Shown: piece after piece, positions 24,761 through 38,123 of the stretch | Layout: each line of letters starts with the position of its first letter | How positions within the stretch are numbered: position 1 is the stretch's first letter | DNA from: Podarcis vaucheri | Taxonomy: Eukaryota | Direction: 5' to 3' (one strand) | DNA length: 64,000 nt | Assembly (NCBI GenBank): GCA_965113315.1 | Contig: OZ220368.1 | Notes under the pieces: generated by a model | What the model was told of the DNA's origin: nothing | The model's input: the letters and a program-made list of their open reading frames with translations, nothing else | Databases searched by the model: none | Position numbers and translations under genes: made by a program

Positions 24761-27112
24761 GCTGTCTTGCAGATGGAAAGACTCTCTAAAGTCATGGTAG
24801 GTAATGACATCCAGTAGACATTCCCCACTGCGGAAAAGGGGTGTCCTTTTTTGTTGATCCCCTGCTTTTTCCTGTTAGCCCCTACACAGCCCCTACACCA
24901 CCTCTCTAGTTGCTCCCAACATGGGGGTCTTCCAACCTTCCAAAGCATATTTGCAGTGGCCACAGGGTTGTAGAGGAATGATGAATTGGTAAAATTTGGT
25001 GGAAGTCACCCTCAACCTACCACTTCCTCCAGTGTGAGCAGAGGACAGGTTCATCATTCTTTTATTTCATTCCAGATTTGGGGAAAAGCAGACTCTTCTT
25101 GTTAGTTCTACCATTCTTTGAGACTTTCAATAGCAGATTCTAAGCACTGTGGTTTTCTTAAGAGCAAGCTCAAAACAATGTCCTTGTTGATTAGCACAGT
25201 ATGCATCATGACATTTAATTGGGTAATGATCTCTGCTCAGTGAATGTTCCAAATAGCAGACCGCTTTGAAAAGAGGTACAGCAGTAATCATGTTTCCATT
25301 GATATTGTCAACTGAAAATCACAAGTGATAAACATTAGATCCCAATATGTAAACTATTTTCTCCCCATGGAGTTTGGTCTCAGACCAATCACTTGTCTCT
25401 TTTAATATGATTTATCCTGACTATTCAAAAGAAGAGCTCCTCCCTCTCTCCATATCTCTGCTAATGTAATTAGCATCTAGTCAATAATGTTCAGCATTTC
25501 ATTTTACCACTTTAATTAACAAATTCAATTTGTTCAAACTGCTGTGAAAACAAATTAAAAGCCCACTGAAAAAAACAAACAAACCTCCAGTGCTTTTGAA
25601 CTATCAAAAATGCTCACCCAATCTACTCTTTTCTTTTTGATAAAAAAAATCGCATTTTGAGCCATTGAGTACATCTCTGTTACACTGTGGTGCAAACCTA
25701 GAGTAATACTATTGGATCAGTAAAATGTATATTGTTTGTGTTCGTGATTATCTTACTCAGGTGAATGGGCAGGGAATACCAAATCCTATAGCACAGGAAA
25801 AAGAATTATGGACCTCATCAATACCTCAATAGGAGACTTTTGGGAACCACATATTAGCAGCTCTGAGCTTTCAGAAAGAAGAGAAGTATGATAAAGAATT
25901 GGAAAGAAGAATATAATATTTTCACTTTGGTGTTTCTACTGATAAAGTATATTTTTAATTATGATCTCTGGCCTGCAGAAATAAAAACATTTAGCATCCA
26001 TTTTCAAACAAATTCTCATATTTAGGATATGCTTACTGAATTCCTTTTTGAAAAAGACTTTTTCCAAGAAATGGTTGCCACTGCAGCCTCTCCCCACCCA
26101 CAAATTGGAGCCATAAAACTGTTAGCTCAGCACTGATCATGGACATCACCAGTGATATCATAATCTAGGGTGGAAATAGCAACTGGGAATAAAACTTCCC
26201 CTGGATGTTATTTTCTGTTCACTGGGGATCATCTCCCTTTAGCTATTTGTGCTATATCTGATATAATAATTAACTGCTTAAATTATCATAATTCCTGAGG
26301 TTTTCCCTCAGGATTTTAGTGATTTTGTCTAATTACAGATTTTTTTTCCTGTGATTTTCTTCTCTTCCCCGAAAGCCTTTCAATCGCTTATCAAAATAAT
26401 AATAATTAATAATGATGGGCGGGATTTGCCTCATGACTCAATTTGCAGTTTAAGAATCCTTCATTTCCCTTTTTGTCTTATGTCTCTTTTGAACATCTAG
26501 GCCTCACATATTCCCTAGCCTCTCTGTTCATGAGTTGCCATCTGAGAATCAAATGCTAATTGAAACGGAATCTGTTTGTCAGTGCCTCAGAACTGTGGCA
26601 CCCTCTGGTCTCATTAGCTGGCTGGTTCCTAAGAGGGAAACTTTAGTATTTACTTTAGGAGCTCAAAGGTATATGTACCGGCCCTGCAGCAGCATATTCT
26701 TTTTTTATTCTGAGCTGCTGGATAGCCACGCACCAATGGGAACCATCCAAAACAACATGGATATTCAGCTGCACTTTCCCAAGTGTCTTCTCCTTTCATT
26801 GGTACATACAAATGCTGCTTCAGAGGTAGTTGTTTTTAACACAGATTTCAGGGCTAGTGCCCTAGATCAGTGCCAGTTTCTGCTGTCCTTTTATCTGGTA
26901 ACGGTCAGTGGGGCAGGGTGGCAGCGCTCACCTGACCTCCTGTTGCCCATGTTGCTGGGTGGGGTCAATGATCTCTGTGCGCCCATCCTAACTTTGTCAG
27001 TTTATTGAAGAACTGATAGATAAGTCTATGAAATGCATAAAGCATACAGGTTCACATCGTGCTAAGAAAAATATATATGGGATACTCATCGCTGTAACAT
27101 TAGTTCAGTTTG

Positions 27113-27372
27113 CATAGAATTATAGAGTTGCGACACTGAGGGTCATCTAGTCCAACACTCAACCAGATCGTACATGACAGGTGGTCATCCAACATGTGCT
27201 AAAAAACCTCCAAGGAAGGACAGTTCACCACCTCCCAAGGGAGTCTGTTCCACTGTCAAATAGCTTTTACTGTGAGAAAGTCCTTCCTGATGTTTTTTAA
27301 CGATATCTTTATTGTCATTGTCCCATGCAGAACAATGAAATTGAAAAGTTAAGTCGAAATCTCCTTTCTTGA
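27113..27372 (-). mobile_element. CR1 LINE 3' end carrying a ~53-bp insertion
   Basis: 'catagaattatagagttg...tctagtccaac...aaaaacctccaaggaagga'; colinear with 8735-8886; interrupted at ~27295-27347. Confidence 0.8.
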
Positions 27373-30300
27373 AGCCATAGAAACCATAATCATGGAAATG
27401 TGGTATTCACACTTTGGAAACTTCAGCTTCTTTTATATTTATTGCAGAAATTGTAGGAGAAAGCTCACCTTTCAGTTGCAGAATTCTGTTCCATTAAGGT
27501 CACTATGTTTTCCTATGGATGATCTCTATTCTGAATCGCTTTTGATGCCAATTTAAGAATTCACTTTTAGCACATGTACCTACATTAACTTTGGTACTTG
27601 GTTGTCCTGGCAACAATGCAATTGCATGAAACAATAGCTTTCTCCCGTGTAACATTTATGTCAAGTTTAAAAACACACACAAAAAACACATGCAAAAACC
27701 CTTTCCTGTCATCAAAGCAGAATATGTACTCTTTTGACAGCTGAGGGAATGTTTGGGGCCATTATTCATTTCCATTTCCCCTTGTAATTTTAATAGGTTA
27801 CCATCACCTTTCATTTTATGGGCATTCTTTCCCCCCCTCCCCTCCTTCTATAATACCAGCTGCTTTACATGAAAATTCTAGAGTAGGCAGGGAAAGCTGG
27901 GGTATTTTTTTGGGGGGGAAAAAAAGCTGAAGGAAAATGCTCCAAGCCCCATTCTTCCCGCTTGTAGTCTGTGAAATTGCCAGCATTTAATTGATCTTCT
28001 ATAAGCTTATCTTTCCAGTGAGATGTACCATTATTGTACATTAATCAGTGCCTCCAGACATTATCACTGTGGTAACCAAGAGCTAATCAAGCAAGAATGG
28101 AGCTGGCAGGAGCCAAGATGTCACGGATGCCTTGCTGTGTGCAAAGTCTGTCAGAGCCTGTGCTTCCAAAAGGATCCTGCTCTTGCAGGGCAGCAGACTT
28201 TGTATAACCTTGTGATGACAATCGAATGGGGAGAGGGCTCCTGAGCGTCATGTCGGTGGGCCACACAGGGAGCTCACAGTCCAAGAGCAAATGATAGCAG
28301 CCACAAGATAATATACTAATATAATAATATAATAAAATGTGACCAATGTTGTTGACAAGTTATGCCATTTTTACTAAATAGCCCCTTTTCACACAGAGGT
28401 ACTAAGAATAGTTGGAAACCATTTTAACTGGCCACAGTAATCGCTTCCAAAGATGGTTGTGGAATTATTTTTTCCATGCAGCAAGTGTTGTGCATTTTCT
28501 TCACTCCCTGCTAACCAGGAAACCTTTAATGATATATGATCTGCATGTTCAATAAACATGCATGGGCAGCAGGATATATATGCTTTAATCAAACTCCTGA
28601 ATGGGGCTCCCACAAGTATAAGCAGGGTTCTTTTCAGATGTTCAGTTAATGTATGTAGATCAGTAGAGCGGGTGCTGGTTGCTGCTCCAGTGATGCTGCC
28701 GTATTTATTGAATGTATGGATTATATTGCATGGGGAGGGGAATATCATCCTTGGGATATATATGAATTGCCTATTTATGGAAGTAGGTGATCTTTCTACC
28801 AGACTAAGAGCTGTCCAGTTAATAAAGCCACAAGGACTCCAAGCTAAAACATTATGTGAACATGGAAAAGTAACGTTGGCTGCTGCTCCTGACTCCCAAA
28901 GAGTTAGTGTAGCCTGTTGGTTATGAATGTTAACTCTATGAGCTAGATACCAACTTGCCTTTCATATCCAAGCTCAGCCATGAACTCACTGTCCCTCAGT
29001 TCAATCTCATTTCCTGATCTGTGATTCAGTTACAAGAATTACTGGGAATATATGTGAATGGCATCATTCTATGAGTCAACATTACTCACTTTTTCAATTA
29101 AAAAACTGAAGTAAAGAAATAAAAAACCGATTTTCTCCTTTCCAGCTATTGCCCTGTGGACTGGCTCTGTCCTGAGTTCTATTCCTCCTGAATTACAATT
29201 TAATGGTGTGAATTTCTAAAATGATTCCAGAATTGGAGCATGAAGTTTACTGCAGATTTCATTTCCTTCTATTTGTTCATATCTTCTCCTTATGCTTTGT
29301 TTCTGGTGCTCATTAACAAACTCAGACTCAGAACTTGACCTGTTGCCACAACTTGAAGTTTTAAAAGCTTCTGATGAAATCAGAACAGTGTCCCAACATG
29401 AGGTTATAGGTTAGACAGCTAAAGCACAACAGATCACTCTGAGGCCTGGCTAGCCTCAGCTAAGACATTGTTCCAACAATTGACATGTCCCCTGTGCTCT
29501 CCTTTTGAAGAGCATGACAGACACAGCTATTTGCATGGGTCATATCCAAACAAGTGGGCAATGCTCTGTAGAGGCTGGGTATGCATGACTTGCTTGTGCT
29601 GGAGCTATTGCCTCCAAGTCCTTGGAGACAGAGGGAGTCAACAAACCTGGGTTACTGTCAGATTTATTCTTAGATGCCTCCCCTAAGGGAAGGGCTCTTC
29701 AATGACCGGGGACTATAGAGCCATCTCTGACAACTGATGATACAGCACTTGAGGTGTCCAGTATCCCAGAGGTAGGCTGCTCCTCTAAGAGGCCACTACA
29801 CCTCAAATCCGTCTCCCTCTTATCTGCTGGGACCCTCATCCAGATCACATGCCTCCTGGAGTCCCAATTTCTCATCCGCCAACCCACTAGGGCCTCCTCC
29901 CCAAGTCTCTGAGCTCCTCCCAACCATCATCATCTGACCATCCTCTCCACAATATCTCCATGGGATATCACTTCATGTGATTACATGATTCAAGTTTTCT
30001 TTTGCAAGTCACCTTTTTTGACTGCACGAACTAGAAAACTCTTTGTCCATTTGGCCATTGGCTACATTAACCTTCTCCCTATACTTAGGAGTGAATAACA
30101 AAGCCTCAGACCAACGTTTTCCCAAACAACCCATGCTTTCACTTGTGAGATTTAGTAAAGCAACAAGCCAAACATTTTTTGAGAACATTATTATAGACAA
30201 AATATATAATTTTACAGTTTTGGTCATCATCTGTAAGAGCAAACAAAGACTTACAGCTATACCTATTCTGGATAGTTTACATAATCAAGCCAATACTTAT

Positions 30301-31689
30301 CCATTTGCATTCCTCAGTTCAGCTTCTGGGATCCTTTGGAGCTTTCTCTTAGTCCTTTTCTGCATACTTTAACCTTCCTGAAAACTTTTACCCTCCTTTG
30401 TAAAAAAAAAAAAAGCCTCTAAAACAAATAGCAATCATTGCAAAATACAAGATGATGGAATATTTTCATTCCTTCACAATTTTCAGAGAGAATCTTGATA
30501 TAATCATATCATGATAACTATTTGTGATGTTTTATCAGTGTGCTTATTTGTGTAAGTTAGAAAGAGCACAGTGAAATGTGACAGAATTGAAAGCTGTGGC
30601 AAACCACATGATTGGCACTCTATATGAGATTCAGAAAGTAGAACAATGGAGGATTTCTAATGCATAATTTTCACTTAGGAATTTAGAATTTCAACGTCCA
30701 TGTATAAATTTAGATGAAGAGAATTTTGGCAGCATTTCTACAATAACTGAATCCAGGGTATCACAAATGCATTTAGCTTAAGCTTCTGCATATCTGAATC
30801 CAACAGGTATTCCCAAGGATATTGAGGCAGTATGTAAAAAGCCCATCAGTTTTTCTGAACTGAATGCCCAAATGATTTTCATTCCACGGTGGCCAATCTA
30901 CTATATTAATATGTATGCTAGTGAACACCGAGTTTCTCCTTTATTTCAACCATAATTTAGTATAAAAGAAAAAGGCAAAATCAAGTCTGCTAAATGAGAA
31001 ACATTTCTGCTAAAAATGTAAACAACAACAAACATGACACACAGCAAACAGATGAAAGAAATTTAAAACAAAAATACCGCTATTAGAAAAAAACAAAAAA
31101 TTTTCCCATTTGGAACATCTTGGCAACACCTCACTATTTACTTTCACAATCCACGTAAGTTTTGCTTCTGCATTTATCTCACAGCAGGAGTTCATTATCC
31201 TGTGACAAAGTTCTATTCCACTGATATATCTCTTAATTAGAATCCATTCTTTTCTGGTGTTACATTGCCATGCTATAAATCTCTACAGTCTCATAAACCA
31301 ATGTACATTTTCAAAGAAGAGATGATGGGTGGTGGTGGTGGGGTTACTAAAGCATATAGAGATCAGTCTAATTAATTATTTCTCTTGTATCTCCCTCTCC
31401 TTTTAGCCTTTTAACCTTTCTTTTTCTGTTTACTTTCTCTTCAGGCTTTTCTCCATTGTTTTTCCCTGTATGTAGGAATAGGATCAGTAGTTTAGACACA
31501 ATAAAAAGGTTGCGTTTTGCTAAAGAGAAGATAAATTGGGATAACCATCCCATTTTGAGAAGGCTGGGTTTTGCTAAATAAAAATATGGAATTGGGATAA
31601 CAGTTTTTCACATTCTCTCCCTCTCTCGTGTATGTATTTCTCTCATGCATGTATTTACATATTACTGCATTCATATTCATATTCCACTT

Positions 31690-31778
31690 TTTTGTGCAAG
31701 GAGCTCAAGGTTCTCCCTATCTCATTCAACCTCCACAACAACCAGGTGAGTTGGGTTAGGCTGAGAGGCAGTGAGTAA
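31690..31778 (-). mobile_element. Old Squam3/MIR-like SINE fragment
   Basis: 'caaggagctcaagg...ctccacaacaaccaggtgag..gggttaggctgagag'. Confidence 0.55.
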
Positions 31779-32235
31779 AGAAAAAGGTGGAATTTGGTTG
31801 CCCTTTCTCACATTGTCTCTCTCTTCTGAACATTGCTCACTTCACACGGAAGGCTTTTCTGCTGGGTGAGCAGATTTGCTTCGTTGTGGCCTTTGCTAAA
31901 GGCTACACTAGTATATTTTGAGCCTATTTTGTGTGTTTTATTACCTAAACATTATCTCAATAGCCCTAAAGGTGAATCCAAAGGAACATTCTTATACTTA
32001 GAGGGAAATCTGAACAAAATATTGAAGACTGCATACTGATCATGGAACTTACCACATATGACAACCTTGCACAACCTATAACTTATCTGGTTGAATGCAG
32101 CCCCATCAGTCATCTGATCCAGGCAACTGAGCATTTGATAATCCTTCTGCTTGGGATTGCAAGCCACAATACTTGGTTGGCTAAAGGGCTGGTGGTGTTG
32201 TGTCACAGCTATATAGAAACTACTGATTTGTTTTT

Positions 32236-32483
32236 AGAAGAAGAAGAGTTTGGATTTGATATCCCGCCTTTCACTCCTTTTAAGGAGTCTCAAAGCGGCT
32301 AACATTCTCCTTTCCCTTCCTCCCCCACAACAAACACTCTGTGAGGTGAGTGAGGCTGAGAGACTTCAAAGAAGTGTGACTGGCCCAAGGTCACCCAGCA
32401 GCTGCATGTGGAGGAGCGGAGACGCGAACCCGGTTCCCCAGATTACAAGACTACCGCTCTTAACCACTACACCACACTGGCTC
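32236..32483 (-). mobile_element. Young tRNA-derived SINE (Squam3-like), full length
   Basis: Minus strand: GAGCCAGTGTGGTGTAGTGG (A box), GGTTCGCGTCTCC (B-box-like), CORE-like 'gggtgaccttgggccagtcac' and a (CTT)n tail; CpG retained. Confidence 0.88.
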
Positions 32484-32619
32484 TAATTTTTCTTGCTCTT
32501 TGGCAAATCAGTAGGACTTTGTTATTCGGGAGATTAAATTATCTGACAGGCTTTACATGAGGAAAAACCTGAGTTCCTGGTTTATTATGATAGTTGTACC
32601 ACTTGAGAAGTACAAAGAA

Positions 32620-33500
32620 ATTGGTCTTGTAGGCCACAGAAGTGTTGGCCAAGGCTTGCGTTCTGCTATACAAAGTCTTCCAGTAATTTAACCAGATAAT
32701 CTAGATGTACATTTGAGCATCACAATTCTGTTTGTAATGAATGACCCCATGGTCCTCTATACACAGAGAGAGAATTTATATGTTCATATCTGTTACACCA
32801 AGAGAACAAGACTACAGTGGTACCTCAGGTTAAGTACTTAATTCGTTCCGGATGTTCGTTCTTAACCTGAAACTGTTCTTAACCTGAAGCACCACTTTAG
32901 CTAATGGGGCCTCCTGCTGCTGCCGCGCCACTGGAACACGATTTCTGTTCTTATCCTGAAGCAAAGTTCTTAACCTGAAGCACTATTTCTGGGTTAGCGG
33001 AGTCTGTAACCTGAAGTGTATGTAACTTGAAGTACCACTGTATTTTTAAATGACTTGCAAGCAGTGAGGTTGTGTTGCTCTGGAGAAATAAATAGGAACT
33101 TCAGCTTTGCCATTCATATATTCTTGTCAATCCTTCTTCCATACTGAGCTAGGAAACCTCAGTAGGTAGCAAGCAATGGTTTCATAGGCTCCCATTACTT
33201 CAAATAAGATTGCAAAGATTCCTCAATGTGCCAGCTGTGAGTTAATAAAGTTCACAGCTTTAATTGCATCACCAAGGACACTCCTGAGTTTCTGGAGAAT
33301 CTTCTTGGCAGCCATACCTGTCTCTGTAGCATGTAATGACTCCACCACAATGCTCTGGATGGCACAGGCTTGTTGTTGTGCCCCAGCCTTCATCACAACA
33401 AATTCCAAAGCAATGTGGCCAATCAAATCTCCCTTTTTTAATATAATTATTTTATAGTATGAAAACAACTCTTTTCCAGTTGTTTGCACTGGCAGCAAAG
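32620..33500 (-). pseudogene. Decayed hAT-Charlie (Buster/ZBED5-like) transposase fragment
   Basis: ORF 33223-33498 'LPVQTTGKELF...AAKKILQKLRSVLGDAIKAVNFINS', continuing across frameshifts as 'GIFAILFEVMG' and 'PTEVS*LSMEEGLTRIYE'; matches the Charlie motifs 'VVKxVNFIK...HTEVRWLSRGxVLxRxYEL'; split by a MITE. Confidence 0.75.
32815..33040 (-). mobile_element. pogo/Tigger-like MITE (same family as 12976-13217)
   Basis: TA|CAGTGGTACCTCAGGTTA ... TAACTTGAAGTACCACTG|TA; reverse complement of the 12976 copy, one 16-bp internal unit shorter. Confidence 0.92.
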
Positions 33501-36500
33501 ATAGATAAATGTACTTGTTTTTTTTTCTCTCTCTCTCTGTTTCTCTCCAACTACAACCGTTACCAATAAATAAAATAGAAAATTAAAAATGCACCAATAC
33601 ATGTGCAGCACACCAACACCTACTTAGGGTATTTGCACACTAGAAGTTTTAATGTGGAATTTGCAGTCTTTGCCCTGTAGTTTATTTAACAAGATAGGGG
33701 GAAGGTATATCTTCTGAAGAATGAAAAGTTACGTAGCTTACAATGGTAGAACAATGAGTGTGTGGTGCTAAATATTCTCAGCCAGGAAGCACCTTTGAAT
33801 ATTTTCTTTTTAGCTAAATGAAATAGCTTGGCCCTGACAATCTTATATGAAATTAAGATTTTTCATGCTTGGGTAGATCAAAGGGCATGGACTTATTATC
33901 CCGGTTCACCAGGCCCCTTCTCTTTCACTACCAAGTAAGGAGGATATGTATTTTTATTTTATTTATTTCATAGTTTTGAACTACTGAGACATGATGTGAA
34001 TGGGGCAGCTGTGGCTCTTTTTTATAATTCTAGCGTTTTTTATAATTCTAGTTTATTTAATTTTTGTCTCTTTTCATTTTAGATTTATGTGTGATCACAT
34101 GGTCTGAAATCCTCCCCTACTCTGACCTCTCTATACACAACATAACTCTCACAACTCCAGGTATATCCTCTACATCCCCCCAGTGTTTCATACCAATTGG
34201 AGACAGTCCTATGTGTTTCAGACATCCCATTCCAATGTCCATGACCCTTAAATGTTTTTTCTCTCTCTCGCTCCCCCCCCCCTCTCTCTCTTGGTAAAGT
34301 GCACATGTTTTGTTTAAAAATATCCAAAGCAGCTATTAGGTATATAAAGTGGTTTCTAATTGAAAAGTTGGTCAGGTTTACATTATAAAATGCAGCTATT
34401 AGAGCTGTTAAAACTTTATTGTACTGAATTATGCAACATTGTCCTCCATTGCAGAATGATTCCTTGGCTCTCATTAAGTGCTTGATTCATTTTACCATTA
34501 CATCATTTAGACAGGATCCTCAAACATTATTTTATTTGCTAATTTATAGAGTGTAGCTTCAGTGTAATATGGCACTTCACTATACTAAAGCAATATAATA
34601 TATTAAGCAATCTAAACAAACACTGATATATAAGGAGAACTTATAGATAATATAAATGAAGTAAATGTGCTAGCATTGATTAGGGTTGTGCTGAACTTTT
34701 ATGAGGCTTTATTTTTTGAACAACAAATACTCGCTTTTGAATGATGTAAAACGTTGCTCAAAGCCTCTTCTTCTTCTTCTTTAGATGATCTTTATTGAAT
34801 TTTTAGTTACATACTATACATACACAAACACTATATTGCAGTAGGCTTTCAGTCCTCTTCACAAGCCAGGTAGGGTGCTGCTTCAGTGCTATTTTTAATT
34901 TGTTGTTTCTTCTGTGCTGTACAGTCCCAACCAATAAGGGACCATTTAAGCGATATGACATCATGATGCCATGTAACCAATCAGATATGATTATTTGATA
35001 CAGTGGTGCTGTAAGGGCAAGTCTTTGAGACAGGGCCTACTCAGGAGAATGAGGAAGAAGACCCCCAAGTGCAGCAGGGCTAGCTTGCTGTAATTTGAGG
35101 CAAGTGAAGTAATACACATTACCATCTAAAGAGTTCCCAAGTCTGAAATTACCTAATCACATCACTGCATTGATGCTGTTAACATGGACAAATTACATAA
35201 CTATCACGTGATTGTGTGAAGCTGTCATAAAAGGATCTGATCTTGCAAATGGTTACATGAATGTCACTGATAAAAGTGTGGTGCACAGAGCATCCAACTG
35301 ATTATATGACAAAATATATTTTACTTTATCACGAGACTGCATGTTTAGGCTTAATGGTGGGAAAGTACATAGTGCAGAAAGCAGTACCTCTTCTGATGTG
35401 TCTTTGATTGCATGTGGTTTCATGCATTTTAGACTAAAAATCACATAAGGCAGTACAGGTGATTGTATAATAAAAAATATTACTCCTATATATCCAAAGC
35501 ACTGTTCAGTTTCCTCTGAAATCTAAGCATCTCCTGTATTTAAAATTTCATGAAAATCCTCCTATTATCTGGATGCTTGCTGGCTTTTTTCAGATCTCTT
35601 TCAGATTTTAGGAAGGACTAACAGGACTAGCCATTCAAAACCCCAGAGTTTTTCCACTGTTCTCAGGTTCTCCATTAGTGGTCATTATTTTCTTGCCTTT
35701 GTCCTTTTTTCTCCCTCTTACAATTCTGCTGTGTGAGTGATTCTCTCTGTCATCTTGCTATAAATTGATTAATACTGCCCACTGATGCAGTGCACCACAT
35801 GGCTAATATATCAGTTAAATGGAAACAGCAAACACCACCTGCTCCTTCAGGCAAATGGCACTTTGGAAATGGAATGTGTAATCAATAGAATTAAACCTTA
35901 AGCAAAGCGCTGCAAACAAATCCAGGGGCAAGGTCTTCCAAGCTGGTACAGTAAATTAGATTTCTCTTTTCTTTTAAAGCAAATCTCTTTGACTGTGTAC
36001 CAACAAAGTGTCTATTCCATATATAATATTGGGTATTCACACTGTTCTTCTCTGTGCAACTTTTGTTTAGTATTAAAAGTTGCATCGATAATACGGACTT
36101 ACAGAATTGGATAAATGCCACATATGGATGACTCAGTTTTTAAATTTTTGCTTTTCAACTGCATTAGAAAGTCGTGAGCATTCAGAAATTTGCCTGGTTA
36201 AACATTTTAACAGATTTATGCTTTACTCCGGTGTACAGTTATGTACATTTAAATAACATGAAAACAAACAAGTCTTATTGAGCAGTGCACCAAACTGTAG
36301 CTAGGGTAAGCAATTCTATAAACCAATTATGCTGGGAGTGAAATATGCTGTAGCTATGGGAACCAGGAGGTGAAATTTCCAAATGCACCAGGGGCAAGTG
36401 AGTAGGAACAGCCACACTCCCTTTTTGCAGGCCTGGCCAACAGCAGTTGGCCAATTTGCAGAGAGTTTTCTCTGCAAATACCACAATGCAGTTTAGCCAC

Positions 36501-38034
36501 AGCGACTGATAGGCAGCACACACATCATGGGGCATTTGCCTTCCCACCCACAACCCACTCCCTCCCTCAAGATCCAGTTCTATATTCCTGGATCATGTGG
36601 GCAACAATAAGAGCACTAGCTTGGTGGAACACCCAATGTTCCTCATGCTGGGGAGACCACATTTTCCATTCCGCTAGCATGTTTTCTCTGGTGTAGCAGG
36701 AACATTACACTGGTGGAGTGTTCCGCAGCTGTATCCAAGAAGTTGGGCCAGCATATCTAGCATTGCACTGGCTTATAACACTTTCCACTGTTGCCCCTCA
36801 GCTAGCATATCTTCATAAAATGGTTGCTTCCATAGGTTCTTAAGAAAGTATGACTGGTAACAAAATATTTATGGTTGTTAAATGAATATTGGGCCAATTT
36901 GTTGGGAGTTGTGTTGGTAATGAAATGAAATGCGTTGGATAGCTCACATGTCTTGACCTCAGACCAGCTCAGCAGTGTCCAGGGCACCAGTATTCAGGAT
37001 GTTGTTCGTTTAAAAATATGCAGACTTTGGTAAAAACAAATCAACCAAAAACCCATTTGTCATATGGATGCTCTAAAAAGATAATGAAAAGAATCTCTCT
37101 CTCTCCCCCCCCCCTCTATCTTTCTGGAACATCAAAGATGTGTGTGTGTGTTTTGATGTTCTAAAAAGATAAAAAGACACTATGCACACACATATTGGAC
37201 AGAGTTTAATGTATATATAGTGTAATATGTCAAGTGTTTCAGAAGCATCATTTTTCAGACTGGGTGCTGCTTTAAAACTTGGCTGGTGGCTCCGAATTCA
37301 TCATAAATCTATACATAAGGATACATTTGTTAAAAAATAATATCCTGGCCATAAATAGTTACAAGTGCTATCTCTGGCAGATCTGTGAGGTTTGTTTGGA
37401 AGTACATTTTGCACCTGATAAACCTTGTTAAAAATGAATGAGCTTCATCATTAATATCTACCAACCAACAAGTAACTGGCCGGCTACAGTTACAGGAAAA
37501 TAGCAAGGGTCTCTCTTCATTTCTGTTTCTAACAACTCACAGCAGACTCCGTCCCCTGTTTGCAGCGTACTAGTAATTATGGTCTTGCTGGCAGGATTTA
37601 GAGTTTGGTTGCCAGGGCTCAAGCACTATGTAGCAAGTGTTTTGGTAATGAATAAAGACGGCAATCAGCAGCAACCTGAGAGTTAGCTGAATGAGACAGT
37701 CTGGCGGGCACTGGAGGGGGGGTCCTGCTGGCTTGCTCAGATGGGCAGCAGGCAGAGATGAGATAATTGACAGGAAAGGGTAAAGAAAGGAAAAGAATAG
37801 CGGTGTAGAGAGTAGGAACAGAAAACTGAAAATGATACTGATCTTCTAGGTAATATGCTACTTAGGCTAATACCGTCTAACGATCAGAATAGCAATAGAA
37901 TGTCAGAATAAAACTAAACCTATATGATTGTAGAAAATCCCCATGTGCAGATTTAGATTTGTTCTGAGACGATGGCTTGTAATAATGGAAAAGTCTCACT
38001 CCTTCAAAGGCTTCATCGCATCACTTAGAGAAAC

Positions 38035-38123
38035 GGGCTGCAATCCTAAGCGCACTTACCAAGGAGTCAGGCCCATTCAATTCCGTGGGACGTAATTTTG
38101 AGCAAATGTATTTTGGATTGCAA
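38035..38123. mobile_element. Short palindromic dispersed repeat (TGCAATCC...GGATTGCA)
   Basis: Inverted ends tgcaatcc/ggattgca; related fragments at ~10680 and ~48080. Confidence 0.55.

Noticed and set aside
26535-27008. 157-aa ORF (similarly 19343-19846, 54607-55083 and 61881-62279)
   Set aside because: Non-ATG starts, no domain similarity, and lengths within the range expected by chance
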